DNA of 64,000 nt, taken from contig MU057484.1 of assembly GCA_013265495.1 (NCBI GenBank), positions 1 through 64,000 of the forward strand, given 5' to 3'. A program made the translations under genes and the position numbers. Under the pieces are notes generated by a model. It made no database searches. It saw nothing but the letters and a program-made list of their open reading frames with translations, and was not told the origin of the DNA. Of the stretch, positions 28,001 to 41,576 are shown piece by piece. Position 1 is the stretch's first letter; every line of letters starts with the position of its first letter. The DNA comes from Vicugna vicugna (lineage: Eukaryota).

Positions 28001-30094
28001 TTAAGCAAAAAAATAGAATTAAAATAACGTTCTTTAAGCCTTCATTTACAAACAGGAAAATTAAGACTGTAAGAAGGTGCAACAGCTCCACTTATGGCTA
28101 TAAAGACCTTCCAGGTTGCCGGGAAAGATGCAACACAAAAATTGCCTGTAGGATCAGAGACGAGAATCAAGTAACTAAAAGATTATGTAGCACATACTGC
28201 ACTTTTCTTCGGGGGAAGGGAGGGGTATTCAGCATTTAATCTGATATTGCTAATACTCCTGAATATAAACAAAAGTCATAGGCTCATGGAAACTCATCTT
28301 AGAAGAGGAAAGAATCTAGTCCAGCCACTTCATTTTACAGGAGGGGAGACTGAGACCTGGGATCTGTCCTTCTGGCAATCGGCAGCAAATTTCTCCTAGG
28401 CTTCATGTCTTGCACTGTAGCAAAAACCAAAAGATCTGTACTAGGCCTATATTCATAAAAGTCACGTCTGTATTTTTCCAACAGTAGGTAATCTAAGCAT
28501 CTTGCAAAATACTTCTCAAAGAGCCAGGAATTCATACAAGTTTGTTGAAATACAAAAACATTTATTTATATATTAAAACAGCATGAGCTTTATTCCCTGT
28601 ATCAAAAAAGTGACATGTGAAATCATTGTTTTGATATTTAAAACCTGTTAACAGTGCAGGAAAAAAAAATCAAAATTTTCTTTTATCACAAAAGAGAGAA
28701 GTTTATTCCCTGAAAATGATCAATGTGGATTTTTCTAAACTCAATTTTTCTGGTCAGAATCCCACGAATTTAAAAGTCTGAGTGGATGGTTTCACGGCAA
28801 CAAGAATTCTGAGTTGTAACAATACACATTCCTTGTAAATAATCTTCAAGGTCGTCTGCTTAAGGCAATTTAACTAGTCCTGTCTCACTAGAATGGTGCA
28901 GATTTCATTAAAATTTCATACTGCACTAAAAAAAAAATGAATCCTTGTTACTTTAAGCCATATTCATACATATCATATATATACATATTGAATATGCATC
29001 AGAAATACGCCACCCTATGAAGTATTCAGAGTTGATTCTTCTGAAATATCTGTCATGTGACAGCACATTTTTATTAAGCACCTCTTGGGTGCTTTGTATA
29101 CAAGGCGTCTAACTCTCACAGTCAGACAAGGTAAACGACATTACTCAAATTTCACAAATGAGGAAATGTACTTAAGCCATGAAAACAACTTACATATTCA
29201 TCATCAGGAAAGAAAAAAGTAAAGATTTTACTTACAATATTCACTGACAATCTATTCTTCCATACTAAGGCTACATAAAACCAATTCAGTCTTTGTAAGT
29301 GTTTCTGTCAATAAGGGCCACTAGAGAAAAACAAGTAACATCATCAGCAATCGTTGGGCTTTCAAAGTCCACTTCTCTTTTGCACTATAATTATTTTTAA
29401 TGTTTTGTTTTTAGTGCTTACAGAGCCCTAAAGTAAAGAAAAATAACTTTTTAAGTAATTACCTGAGAATAAAACATTTATGAAAATGTACAATTTTAAT
29501 TTATGCCACTCTGTCTCACATTCTTACTGGTGTCTCTCCTTTGAAGGCCTCATCAGGCTGAGATCACTAAAATCGGCCATTTATGGACTCAGAGGAGTTC
29601 GGGAAACCACTCAACGGGAGGCTTATTAGAGGAGCAATTAAGAATGTATCCTGTGCAGCCTGGTTCCAGCACCGAGCTAGCCAATGCCAGCTGCATGTGA
29701 TTTGGGACAAGCTGCCCCATCTCTCAATCCCTCAGCTGCAAAAAAAGAGACACTGTTACCTACCATCAAACACCTGCTATGAAGTAAAACATGAGGAAAG
29801 CATTTTAGCCTTAGCTAGGTGTCCACTCAGAGCGAGTTTTGTCATTATGATGATGAGGATGGCTGTTAATAAATTAAGCTAGACCAAAAAGTAGAAATCA
29901 CCATAAAGGAGAAACATTTTAAGTAAATGAGCATTTCCTTTTGGATGGATTGCTGAATATTTATTGATTTTTTTTAATAAACCAAGTTTTGTCCATTGAT
30001 TATAGATTTACAGGTTCATGGACAAGTCTCCAGAAAAAGAATTAGAGGCCTCTAAATTCTGAATACTTAGAAAGTAAAGTTTAAAAAAAATTAT

Positions 30095-30178
30095 GGGGGA
30101 GATTATACCTCATTTGTGGAGTATGTGCTTAGCATGCATGCGGCCCTCAGTTCAGTCCCCAGTAACTCCATTTGAAAA
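30095..30178 (+). mobile_element. tRNA-derived SINE (Vic-1-like)
   Basis: ggggagattatacctcatttgtggagtatgtgcttagcatgcatgcggccctcagttcagtccccagtaactcc. Confidence 0.7.
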
Positions 30179-31249
30179 CTTTTTTTTTTAAGAAATGGAG
30201 AATTAAAGCAAAAAGATGGAGGAATACAGAATATTTTTAGAGACTCAACTCAGATATAAGATGGGGAATAAAACATCCATTTCTCAGAGGATATCTTGGG
30301 AAATATGTAAACTGGATCTGAGATGTCTAGTCTTTTAACATTATTCAACAATTCATATTACCAAGTCTTAAAACTACCTGATAACCCACAGTGGTGATAC
30401 TGATCGTAACAGCTGCCAACACGGATCGAGCTCCGGCTAGGACTGCTCTGTTCTGACATCTCTGCCCCTGAGGCCTCACCAGGCTGAGAGCACTAAATTC
30501 GGTCATTCATGAGCATCGCGTGTAAGTCCTCCCATTGTGCGCCTCACTCCCCTCACCAGCCCCTCTGAGGGAAGCACTGTTATCATCTTCCCCACCCGCA
30601 GATTTGGCCACTGAGGCACAGAGACTAAACCCGTTCCAGGTCACATCGGCATTAAAGGACGTCTGTATTTCTGCTGTTTTGGTTTTGACAAAGGAATCTG
30701 AGATATCAATTCAAGGGAGACTGTTAAATAATCAAGTCTGTCTGGTCTTCACCTCAAAGAGCAGATACTATAAATACCTGATGTAGGATGAGGCTGCCGC
30801 CACAAACTGACTCAGCTTGAAATTAATATCCAAGATGAAGCAGCGGATACACGTAAATATTCACGATTGTCAACTGTGCTCACGGGTCTGGGCCCTTCAC
30901 TGCCTGAACGGGGGTGAAATCCCCACCCGTGTCAGGGAGCAAAGCGCTGCTCTTCCAGGTCTCACCCAGGCTTCACGGGCTATTTCCCCCCACAGACTGT
31001 CCTCAACGATTAAAAAGCTCTCAAGATTTTTACACCGTGGGAAACTGAAAGACATTTCTGCAGATGGAGCAATTTCTCAGGCTTAAACCTTTTTTGCCTA
31101 CACTTAGCAAGGGGGAAAAAGAAACATGACTCTACAAAGTCACTGAGGCTCACCACTCACAGGAGTAGGAGTGCCACAACACAAGATGACACTTCACATT
31201 GCAGAGTGAGAACAAAATAAAGTCACCCCTACAACAGGCACTCCCAGAG

Positions 31250-31785
31250 ACAGCGCTCAGCAGTCTTCTGCACATTCACGGTTGTGCAGCCCTCACAACC
31301 ATCTATTTCCAGAACACTTCATCATCCAAAAAGAAACCCCCTGTCACTAACAGTCACTCCCTAACCCCCCTCCACCCAGCCCCTTGCAACCATCACCAGC
31401 TCTCTGCCTCTGCATGTGCCTATTCTGGGCATTTCAGATCACTGAAATCAACAATATGTGGCCGTATGTGTCTGGTTCCTTTCATTTAACGTGCTGTTAT
31501 CAAGGCTCCTCCATGTTGAAGTGGTATCAGCATCTCTCTCTCTTTTTTTTTTTAAACATTAAAGTTTATCAGAAGGTGGTAAGTACTATCAAAAAGAGTA
31601 TAGTGGAGTATAAGGGATTGGGTTTCAAAAGGAAAAGGGCTGGTTGAGCAGTCAGGGTGGACTTCCCAGAGCAGGAGGCCTTTTTCATCTTCCCTTTTAT
31701 TTATTGTTTTCTTTTTATTCACTCTTACGTCTGAATAGTGTTCCACTACATGGAGATACTACATTCTGTTCATCCATTCAGCAGC
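31250..31785 (-). mobile_element. L1 3'UTR fragment, interrupted at ~31545-31715
   Basis: cacattcacggttgtgcagccctcacaaccatctatttccagaacacttcatcatcc and ctattctgggcatttca are reverse L1M 3'UTR motifs. Confidence 0.7.
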
Positions 31786-32139
31786 TATGTATGGACGAGG
31801 TCCAGAAGAATGAGTGTAAGAGGTGAGTAGCAGGGATGGCATTTAAGCAAAGGGCAAAATGTGCTTAAAAAAAAAAGCCAACGAACAAAGGCACAAGGAA
31901 ACTCACTGCGTTTCTGAGCAAAGTGCTTGCTTGCTTCGGCAGGACTACCCTGCAGGGCTGGGGTGGATATTGGAAGGGATCACGGTGAGGGAGTCACCAG
32001 AGAAGACTCCCCACTGCAAGCAGCTCAGCCAATTCTCCTTCCTAATCCTGTATTTTTAGAGCCATGTTTCTTGGTTTCTCTTATTTCAAGTAATAGCACT
32101 TTAACTACACATCTGATCATCTTCATCAGACCACCTTAC

Positions 32140-32260
32140 CTCCAAGCCACAGAAAATCATTCACTGACCGGAGCAGCTCCAGGACATAACGGTGATGGAT
32201 CAGGGAGTCCTGCAGCATCCCAGCCTGAAGATACAAACCTCACATGTGCCCTGGTGATGT
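32140..32260 (-). pseudogene. TRAPPC9: TRAPPC9 pseudogene exon 3
   Basis: Encodes [35 protein letters not shown]|gtaagg versus recalled [36 protein letters not shown]. In-frame TGA, ~25-bp 5' deletion (121 versus 146 nt), acceptor appears as ctgg instead of ctag. Confidence 0.92.
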
Positions 32261-33443
32261 CCAGAAAGTAAAATGCATGGAAATATCTCACTGCTGGTGC
32301 ATGACATATGCCCATAAATTGCCCCAAAATCATGCTGGCAAAGCACAACTCAACCCGCTCACTACAAAAAAAAAAACAACAAAAAACAACAACAACAAAA
32401 AAAAACAGCTAAGAATGCAAATTTAGGCTCTTCCATTGAAAACCAGCAACCTTCACTGCTGGTATCTGCGCTGGAATTCTCGTGACTTCAAAAATCACTG
32501 CGCAGTTACTTTTCAAAAGTGAAAGATATATATGTATTCCACGTAGATGATATTACAGAAGGATTTTTCTTTTCAAAATTTCCAGTTGCAACATTAGCAC
32601 AAGAAAGTTTATGTTTCAGCTTTAAAAAAAATCAATTATCTTCCACTTTCTTAATGTTGATCCAATTATTATTTTATAAAGGGAGCTATGCTGTATATTA
32701 TAAACGAACTGTTTGGCTTCTGCAAACAAGACCTTTATGACCTCACAATTTCAGAGGAAACTTTAACGATTCTTTGAGAGGTGTGGCCTGGGACGCTCAC
32801 TAACAGCTCTTTAAATACTGACATGGATGTTCTATTAAGTAATGCAAAGGCTCTAACTTCACATTAAGTCAGAAACCAAAGAAACTACACCAAAACTTTA
32901 CTTTATCATTTTTAAATATTCTGATTCTTTTGAATATTAAATTTCTTAAAAGATATGATTTCTTTTTGAGAAAAACAACAGCTGTATTAAATTTCCTCTC
33001 ACCAAGAAAGCAATCTTTATCAGCAATAAAAACCCCTATGGAAATCCAAAAGGCGGGACGTTTCTAGCTAAGTGAACATGCAGATCTGAACACAAAATTA
33101 TGTCCTATCAGATCTCACTCGAACGAGCGCAACAAAGTACTGGGCTACCCTAGAACTTACCTCTTCCGTTCCAAATGTTGGCTGAGCTAAGATCATCAGG
33201 CAAGGCAGGGAAGGAGAGAAGAGGAAAGTCCATCTGGCGGCCTCCATCTGTTTTCTTCTAGCCACAAGGTGCCTCTAGGGCGGCCCCGCTATCAAGCCCT
33301 CCCCATAAGGAAATCCGGCATCTAAACTGCCCCTGCCGTCCCCAAGCAGCCCCGACTGCCCTCTACCACTGGTCGCCTACTAGCCTGTAAATGATCTTCT
33401 AATGACCCCGCTGGTTGGTGGCAACCTCCCCCTCTTCCCCGAT

Positions 33444-33474
33444 ACACACACACAAACACACACACACACACACA
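33444..33474. repeat. (CA)n microsatellite
   Basis: acacacacacaaacacacacacacacacaca. Confidence 0.9.
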
Positions 33475-36400
33475 GAGCCAGGGCAGCCCTCCCAAAGCAC
33501 AAATTTGATTACATCAACCTCCACTTCAAACCCTTCAGAGGATCCCTGGTAGAGTTCTAGCCACACCTCTGACCCTGACCCTGACCCTGCTGGCCCAGCC
33601 TCACCTCAGTACCCAGGTCCCCAGTGACCTCAGGGACCCCCTGACTTGCTCCTACTTCCCACTTGCCTCCAGGCTCATTTTGACTGTTTCTTGTGGAAGT
33701 CTTCCCTCACTCCAACCTCCGCACTTTGTTCCTCTGTTCCTAGAACATTCTAGGCTAAGTCAACTTCTGACACTGCTAAGCTCCCAGGAAGCAAATACAT
33801 TCTGCTTACTAATGTGGGTCCACCCTCTCTGCCCTAGACACTCAGAAGTGCACGTGTTATGAATAAATGAATGACGGGGTGGATCTAAAAGGGACAGACA
33901 GGCCTGTTCTCGCCCATCCCGACCCTTCTTTCTGTAGAATATCAGAAGCAAAACCAGAAGTACCTTTCCTGAGGGTCACTTCCTGCTGGCACCCTTCATT
34001 GCCTCCTGTGTCAGTTTTAGTAAAACCCAAGCTCCTCCAAAGCCCTCTTCCCAGGCCCTCTCCAGTGTCCTCCCCAGCAGAGGCACCATCCACCCTGGAC
34101 CACACAAAGCACTCTCCCCGAGTCCCCACCCCACAAGCTTCCAGGCCTCTGCCCGGGCTGCACCTGCCACCTGAGCCACCTTCTTGACTCCTCCTGGTTG
34201 ACTCTTACTCTGTCCTGAGAACTGAATGTAGAGCCCATTTCTTCCAGGAAGTCCCCTCTGATAATGTCCTTTAACTCTTGGCTGGGCTCCCTCTACAGCA
34301 GCACTGCATGGCGAACAACTGGTGTTTGTCCACCCACTCCATTGAGACCATGAAATCTTGGAGGCCACATGGGAAAAAGGAGTGAGATGACAAGAGGGGT
34401 GGGAAGAGTAAAAGGCAAAATCAGAGCCCAATCCCAAATTTAAGGATTCTTTCTCAGAAAAAAAGAATAAAATGTTTCATACCTGTGTCATTTGGCTACG
34501 ATTTTTGTGGCTCATGGAAAGCACGAGCTTGGTGTTCTAGTCCAAAACCCAGGTTACATGCAAAGAAATGTGTATATTCATATATAAAGCAAGCCAGAAC
34601 TGCTCAACAAGGGTTTGCAGTTAAATTCCAAAGGAACTTTGATAAACACAATCTCTCTCTCTCTCCTTTTTTTTTTTTTTTTGGAATCATATAGTTTCAG
34701 AAGTATTTGTATAACTAAGTGATGGTTACAGACCATGATTCTGCACTGGAGTGTTTGGGGCTGAGGAAGCCCAGGTTACATGCACTGTGTAAATGCAATC
34801 ACACCAACACACTGACAGGCACCCTAGTGGCTGAGCTGAATTTTCAAAGCAGACAACCTTACGATGGAAGACAGTTCTATGTAGAAAGTAAGAAATGCAA
34901 TGTTCTGTACTCAATTTCATACGTTATATGGGCTATTAACCAATAGTGTATCTTGCCTAATGAAACCCAAAAATAAATTGCCAACGTCGATTTTCTCCAT
35001 CTGATCGTTTTATGTTAACATTGGTTATCAAACCCTCACTCCATACGGAAACCTCAGGCCTATGCTGCAGCAGAGTTACATCCCGCGGAAGACAGCCGAT
35101 CAAGGGAGAACTGGAGAGTTTCCCTTCAGAAGCTGCTAAGTCTGGTTTTGCACCTGTAAGTCATATGCAACCACGTCATCGTCAAAGGACTAAGACCTTA
35201 CCTCTGTGGGGTGTAAAGCACTGCAGTGCTTCCGAACCATCAAAGAACACTGAGCTTTGTGAAACAGTCCTGAGGCACTTAAATCGCACTTTTTCTGAAA
35301 GTCTCCAAAACTGGCCCACTTCAGCATTCGACGTAGAACAGGGAGGTACCCGAATTAGTAGAGAAAACATGCCCTTGAAGTCTGACAAGACCCTGATTGA
35401 ATCCTGCTCCATCATTTACTAGCCGCTAAACGGACCAATTCCTTAAAGCCTCTGAGAAGGCTTGCCAATCCGCAAAAGGGTCCTGCCGCTGCCCACATGG
35501 GACTGATGGATGTGAATGGAACACACAATTAGGGCGGCCGACTGGTACCTGACACAGGGCCTGGCTAGTTTCCCTCCACTGCCCTTCTCCCACTTTAAAC
35601 TTGCACTCTTGCCCCTGGTAAGGATCAAGCCCTTGCAAGAGACTGCCCGATTCTTCTGTGTATCCCAGGATACATGACTTACGTTTAGGAGGCCAGAAAA
35701 ACTGCCTCCTCCCCAGTGACTATCAATATTCTTAAGAGTCTGTGTTTTTTTTAACTCTATTTTGTGGGGAGACTATTCCAGAACTGTCCAAGCACCATTC
35801 CCCAGGTTGCCTCCCCTCCAAGCTCCCGTCCCTTTTCATCTCAGATCCTCTGTCTGATTGCCTTCTGTTCATGGGAAAGCGAGTCTGGTAGGGTGGGGAC
35901 TCCCTAGGCCTCCCTCCCTCCCTCCCTCACAGGTGAGTGTGACTACTTTCTCCTCACTCCCTACTCCAAATCCAGCTTCTGAGGAGTCTTCCCTCCTGGA
36001 CCCTGCAGACTCTGCATCTTCCCAAGACACACATGTGGCCACGACCCTCCCTTTAGATTTCATCCTGGCTGGCCCTGCCCACCACCCAGTCCCTTAAGGA
36101 TAAATGGCATTGCTCTGAAAATTGCAAATGCCACTGACTGACACACTAAAGCTGCATTGTCTGGGCTTTCCTCCGACCCAGACACAGCACTGCCCCCCCT
36201 CAGCCTCAGTCTGCACCTCTTGAGAAGAGCTAACTGACATGTAAGGCTGTGAACACCAGCTAAGAAGGACGAATCCCAACGTGTATCGCTATTCCGGCAC
36301 CTTCACCTGATCCCCAGGCTCATAGACCCGAGTGCCTCTTTGAAGTCCTAACTTGGATGACAAATGGCATCTAAAAAATGCCTCATGTCCACCATTTACT

Positions 36401-39400
36401 CTGGAATTCGATTCCTGGCAGGTATCTCCCAGGCTTCCCAATTTAGTAACAGCCCCAGCACACATCTAGGTGTTTGAGGTCACAACCCCTGTTCCCTCCC
36501 CCCAGCCCTGCCCTGGAATCAGTCCTGTTATTTCTGTCGCTAAGCGCATCTCAAGTCTCGTTCTGTAGGGACCATGGCCTGAACCCCACAAGCTCACAGC
36601 AAAATGCAGTGAGTCACAGTCCTCCGAAGGGTTCTTCTGGAGGGGGAGGCATCTCCTGCTGCTGGTCACCTCAGAAGGCACTGGATTCTCACACAGAAGT
36701 CCCAGGAGTAGGGACTCAAGATTCGTCCGTGGTCTGAGCTTTGAATGACCCGTGGTCTGGGGGAGCTCCTAATTAGCAGACTCACCTGCCAGTGAGCAGA
36801 AGAGGATGGAGGAACCCAGGCAAGGCTGTTCTCACTCCGACCCCTTGGCTTTCAGGAGCCACGGGAAAGGCCTGTGTCCAGGGCACAGACCAGACATCAC
36901 AGATCCAGCCTGCATTTGCCAACCCAGACAGCCTAGACTCCTACTTGTGACTCTTACTTCTGTTCTGTTCCCCCCCCAGAATGTGATGGATTCTTTCAGA
37001 AGTTCTGGCCTGTCTCAAGCGAGACCAAGTCAGTAAAAAACACAGTGTCGACATTTGTGCCAGAGTATGAAAGGAGAAACAAGGCCTCATGGTCAGCATG
37101 ATTGTGGTGGCCTAATCCTTCCCCCGGGTGAGATGAACCAGGGTAGGGGTAAGACTGTAAGGTCATAGGTCAGCCAAAGCATATTCCTTCACAGCTGACT
37201 GGGGTGTTGGGGTCTCACTATCGAAAACTAACGACACGGCCGTCAGTGGTGGACGTCAGCTGCAACAGACACAGAATCAGCTATTTACTGCCAACATGGG
37301 TTTAAATTAAAGGCCGGGGCAGGGAGGCCAGCACGGCTGCTGAGGCAAACCACAGACCCGGCTCTGAATGCCCACTGGCTGAAGCAGAGTGGAACCTACA
37401 GTCCCCTTTAGCGGCCCATTTGTCCACCAGATCCAGGTGAGCCAGCCTCTTCGGAGAAGGCCATGTTGTCCTGATACTTAGAAAAACCAGCCTCATACAG
37501 GGAACAAAAGAATGGCATGGATTTTAGACCCAATACTGCCCCTTTATGAAGGCAAAGTAAAGTAAATGGCAAGGGGAAGTTGAATAAAAAAAAAAGTGAC
37601 TGCTTCCTCCAACAGCGTCCCCTGCAGCTGCTCACCCCCGAGCCGGCCACTTCCTCACCAGTGACCGCCGGCCAGGAAGCGCCGTCAAGCACGTCACACA
37701 GCGACAGCCAGGAACCGCGTGCCGAGCACTTATGTGTAAAAGCAGAAATCGAGCAAGGTGCTGCAGATTTGACTTTGCAAGTTTAAATACTCCATGAAAA
37801 TAATCCCTCAACAGCCTCCTAAATCAATTCGCATCTCACTTCTTCAAAACAAACAAACAAATTTAATAAGGGCACATTTGTCACCAAATATAAGGAGGAC
37901 CAAACAGGTTCCTCAAAGCAAAGATTTTAACAGTTATCAAACACCAGTGGGTGATGTGTTAACAAAGAAAATATTCCAGAAAATTAGAAAATAAAAAGAT
38001 GACTAGGATAATACATGGATCAAGGCAGCTGTTAAGTTTTTGCTTTTTAAAGTGATGGAGGCAGCAAGGAGGGAGATCTAGCTATTTCCAATGCAGGGTG
38101 GGCACAGCCCACCTTTTCAGACACAACAACATGCTCAAAGGGCAGTACAAGAGGAAAAAGTAAGAAAGAAAAAGGAAAAGAGGAACAAGCCAAAATTAAA
38201 AACGCACAAGAACAAAAATGACTTTGACAGCATGCACAAGAACTTACGTGAGTGTGATGAGGACAGGGACGTGGGGACGGTGAGACCCACCCTCACCTCC
38301 TGCTCCAGGGAAGGCAGTGGCCTGAGTGGGGTAGTGCTGCATGGAGACACCAAAGTGGTCAGAGCCCCAAACCAAAACTCCACCTACATGGATCTAGATA
38401 GCTTTTGGGCTACAAAATGTGGTCGCATTTCAGGCTGGACCGTTTTACTCACTCCCAACAAGAGTAGCAGGAGAGAATTTGGCTCTGCTCCTGCACCAAA
38501 GCATTATTTTATAAATTAATGGCTGTGAAATAGTAAAAGGAACAATGGAGTAAAAGTGACTGGAGAAGAACGTGCTTGACCCGAGCTCACTGGCCGCGTT
38601 ATCTCACTGACATTCAGATGCTGGCTGGGAGCTTACTGTACTAAAACAGACAGACCCACCAGGAGGGAGGTTTAATGAGCTGCTGTATTTTGATGCCAAG
38701 AGCCATGCCTGGTATACGAGGTTCTGGGTAAACAATGGTGACAGTGTCAACCACTATGGGCTAAACACACATCCAGCTACTCCACCAAATCACAAGGACA
38801 GACTTCAAAAGGCAAAAACATGTTGGCATTCTCAGGTGGGTCTACAGACTCAGAGCCAAGCAGTTGCTGAGCAAAAATGTCACCAGTTCCTCCTATGACA
38901 AAAGAGGAAGCACTGGTCAGGGGGCTGGGGCATGCCTCCAGGCTTCCACTGCTCACATACCAGTCTGTCCAGGGGGAGAAGTTGGTCCCTGCTTACGTTG
39001 CAACGATGCATCTACCTTAACTAACAGCTGGGGGCTCAGCAGGAGGTGACAGGTGAGGTGAACGGAGCCAGTCTGGGAGAATCCCGGTGCTGGCAGCTGT
39101 GCCTTCAGCAGTGCCCAGGCTCCTAAACCTGCCACCTCATCTCCAAGTAGCAGAAGGGGAGTGTGGACATGTAGATCATAGGGCCGTGTGAGGACAAGTA
39201 CGATCATGGCCACGGCATGACTTGCCTCTTCCTTAAGCCATAGATGAATGTCCGGGGAGGAACTGAAAATTCATCCGGAGTTCGCCAGGAATCACATGCA
39301 GGTGGGACTCGGGTCCCCTGTGTCTCTCACTCACAGGGCTTGTCTGGCCTTTCTTTTTATCAATTCTCTGGCATCTTTTCCTCCAAATGACCAACAAACA

Positions 39401-40573
39401 GAAAGTAGGATCTGATCTTAGGTAAGTTCAAGAATCACAGATCACCGCCTCCACAGCAGACCCAGCTGCACGTGCTAGGTCCTCCGACCATCACCTGTGG
39501 GACCTCCATGAGCGCTCTCCAGACTCAAGGCCCAAGGCCGTAGGCCGGGGGGACACAACTTCCCTCACTCTCCTCAGCAAAGGGGGACCATCTCTCGGCA
39601 AAGGCTTCTCAACCTCTTCTGCCCAAGGGAAAGCACGATAGATACAAGGGGAAACAGAGCATAAGGTGGGGGTAGGCAGCCCAGAAGAGCTTGTCTGCAC
39701 TTCCAAGGCAAAGTGAGGCCTTTGACCTAATCACAGGGACAAAGTGAGGATGAACCTTTCCCTGCTCTGTCCCATACTCTGTGACACGCCATTCCCTGTG
39801 TATGGAGTTCATTCAGAAGTCCCTGGTGGTGTTTCTAATATCCTAACCTGGCATGGTGGCTGTTGGGCATGAAGAGAGGGCCTGAGCCTTGCAGGTGCTG
39901 GGCCTAGGAGTCAGGAAACACCGGCTCCACCCCCAGATCAACCAGTGCCTCGTTCTGCGTCTCGGGATTCAGCATCTCATCTATGAGCAAAGGGATGAGA
40001 CTGTCTCAGGACAGGCTGCCCAACAGAAATGTAATGAGATCCATGTAAAGAAAGTTTCCCAGTTGCCACATTTAAAAAGTAAACAAAGAAACAAACAAAC
40101 AAACAACAAATACTCGAAACTGATTTTAAGAACAGATCATACTTATTCTACTGTATGTAAAATACTATCATTTTGACATGTAAGCAATATAGAAAGTAAC
40201 AAGATAGATTACATTCCTTTTACTGGTTAAATCTCAGCGTCTGATGTGCATTTGACCTACAGCACATGCCAGCTCAGACCAGCCTCCTCCCCAGCGCTCC
40301 TAGCATCAGTGGCTGTGGCTACTCTATTGGAGAGCAACTCCACGGGTCCCACCAGGGGTCCTGACTGAAAAGCGGGAGGAGGTGTCCACACTAACCATAA
40401 AAGGATCTCTCTGAAACAAAGGCAGATTCACTTTTAAATGTCTGTAAACTGGCGGTCTGCACCTCCCTCCTCCCTTGGCTATAAGACAATCCTCTTCCTT
40501 GCTGATCCCTTTCTGGATGTAGGGAAGCAATCCGGCATTCAGCCAGGGCGGCTGGGCCTCCTGGTAGAATTAC

Positions 40574-41143
40574 CTGCTGTCTCTGTCCAGTCCCATGAAG
40601 TCCTCCTTCTCAAACAAGGTGCAGATGAGGGGGATCTTGTCCCCAGACTTTTTGGGGGCCCTATCCAGCCACCTGGACTTGAGAAAGATGAAAAGTGACT
40701 CAGTGAAGTCCTCGATCCTCTTCTCCATCAGCCTGCAGTCCTGGTAGATTAAAGGCCACGTCAGTGCGCGGCTGCTCGGCTAACTCTCCATGCAGCACAA
40801 AGAGCTGAGAGTCATTAAGCGAGGTGCCATACAGCTCCTCTGCACGTGGAGCTTCTCGAAGGCCGTGGCTGAGAGGCAGTTGGTAATGGTGACAAGGCCC
40901 ACGACCTTGCCTTGGTGGGTCTGGAAGTTTCTCCACCTGATCTCGGGTGCATAGTGGTGCCTGTAGTGGATGCAGAGTGCCCGACGGGAGTCGCATGGGC
41001 TGATCTGACTCACCAAGGAGATTTGCTTATAGATGCAAAAGAAATTCTTTTCTGAGATGATCCCAACGGCTTGGACCACCACGGGAAGAATCTGGTCATT
41101 CTCAACGCACTGCATGTAGTCAGGGATGCCCATGTTGCAGGCC
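40574..41143 (-). pseudogene. TRAPPC9: TRAPPC9 pseudogene exon 2 (first coding exon, ATG at 41133)
   Basis: Polypyrimidine tract + cag|ggcctgcaac[35 protein letters not shown]...[26 protein letters not shown], then [29 protein letters not shown] and [52 protein letters not shown]|gtaatt in shifting frames, versus TRAPPC9 MSVPDYMQCAEDHQ...DFVGLDTDSR. Two frameshifts (-1, -5) plus in-frame indels; 570 nt versus 594. Confidence 0.96.
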
Positions 41144-41576
41144 CTGCCGAGAGGGGAGAGGAGATCGAGATACATACTCTGCTGTGGGCTGTGGGTCCCT
41201 CTGGGTTGCTGTGACCTGATGTGTACCAGCCAGTAGGCAAGGGAAGCCCAAGCAAAGCCGGGGGGTACAGTTTGTCCTCAGTGTCTGCACATGGCTACCG
41301 TAGGTCGGATCACATTACCCAGCTTTTGGTTTAGGCTTCCAGCCCCTGCAGAGAAGTGTCATTTCTTGTTTTCTGTTTCCAAGCACCTAGCCAGATCCTT
41401 ATGCAAAGTCACTGCTCAAAACTGCTGAATAAAGGAATGAACAAAGGAACTGCTTTCCACATCCCTTTAAGGAGAATATAAAGAAAACAACCACAGTGGG
41501 ATTAAAACATCTGGATTTCAACTCCAATTTATTTGAACTCCTAAGCAGCAGAATAATGGATAAGAAAACTTGCCTT

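Noticed and set aside
29520..29565. Possible remnant of the 3' end of TRAPPC9 exon 4 (minus strand cctgatgaggcc...agacaccagtaag)
   Set aside because: Similarity is short and weak, and the upstream sequence does not match exon 4.
34546..34784. cccaggttacatgca repeated ~220 bp apart
   Set aside because: Only ~15 bp identical with weak flanking similarity; at most an old local duplication.
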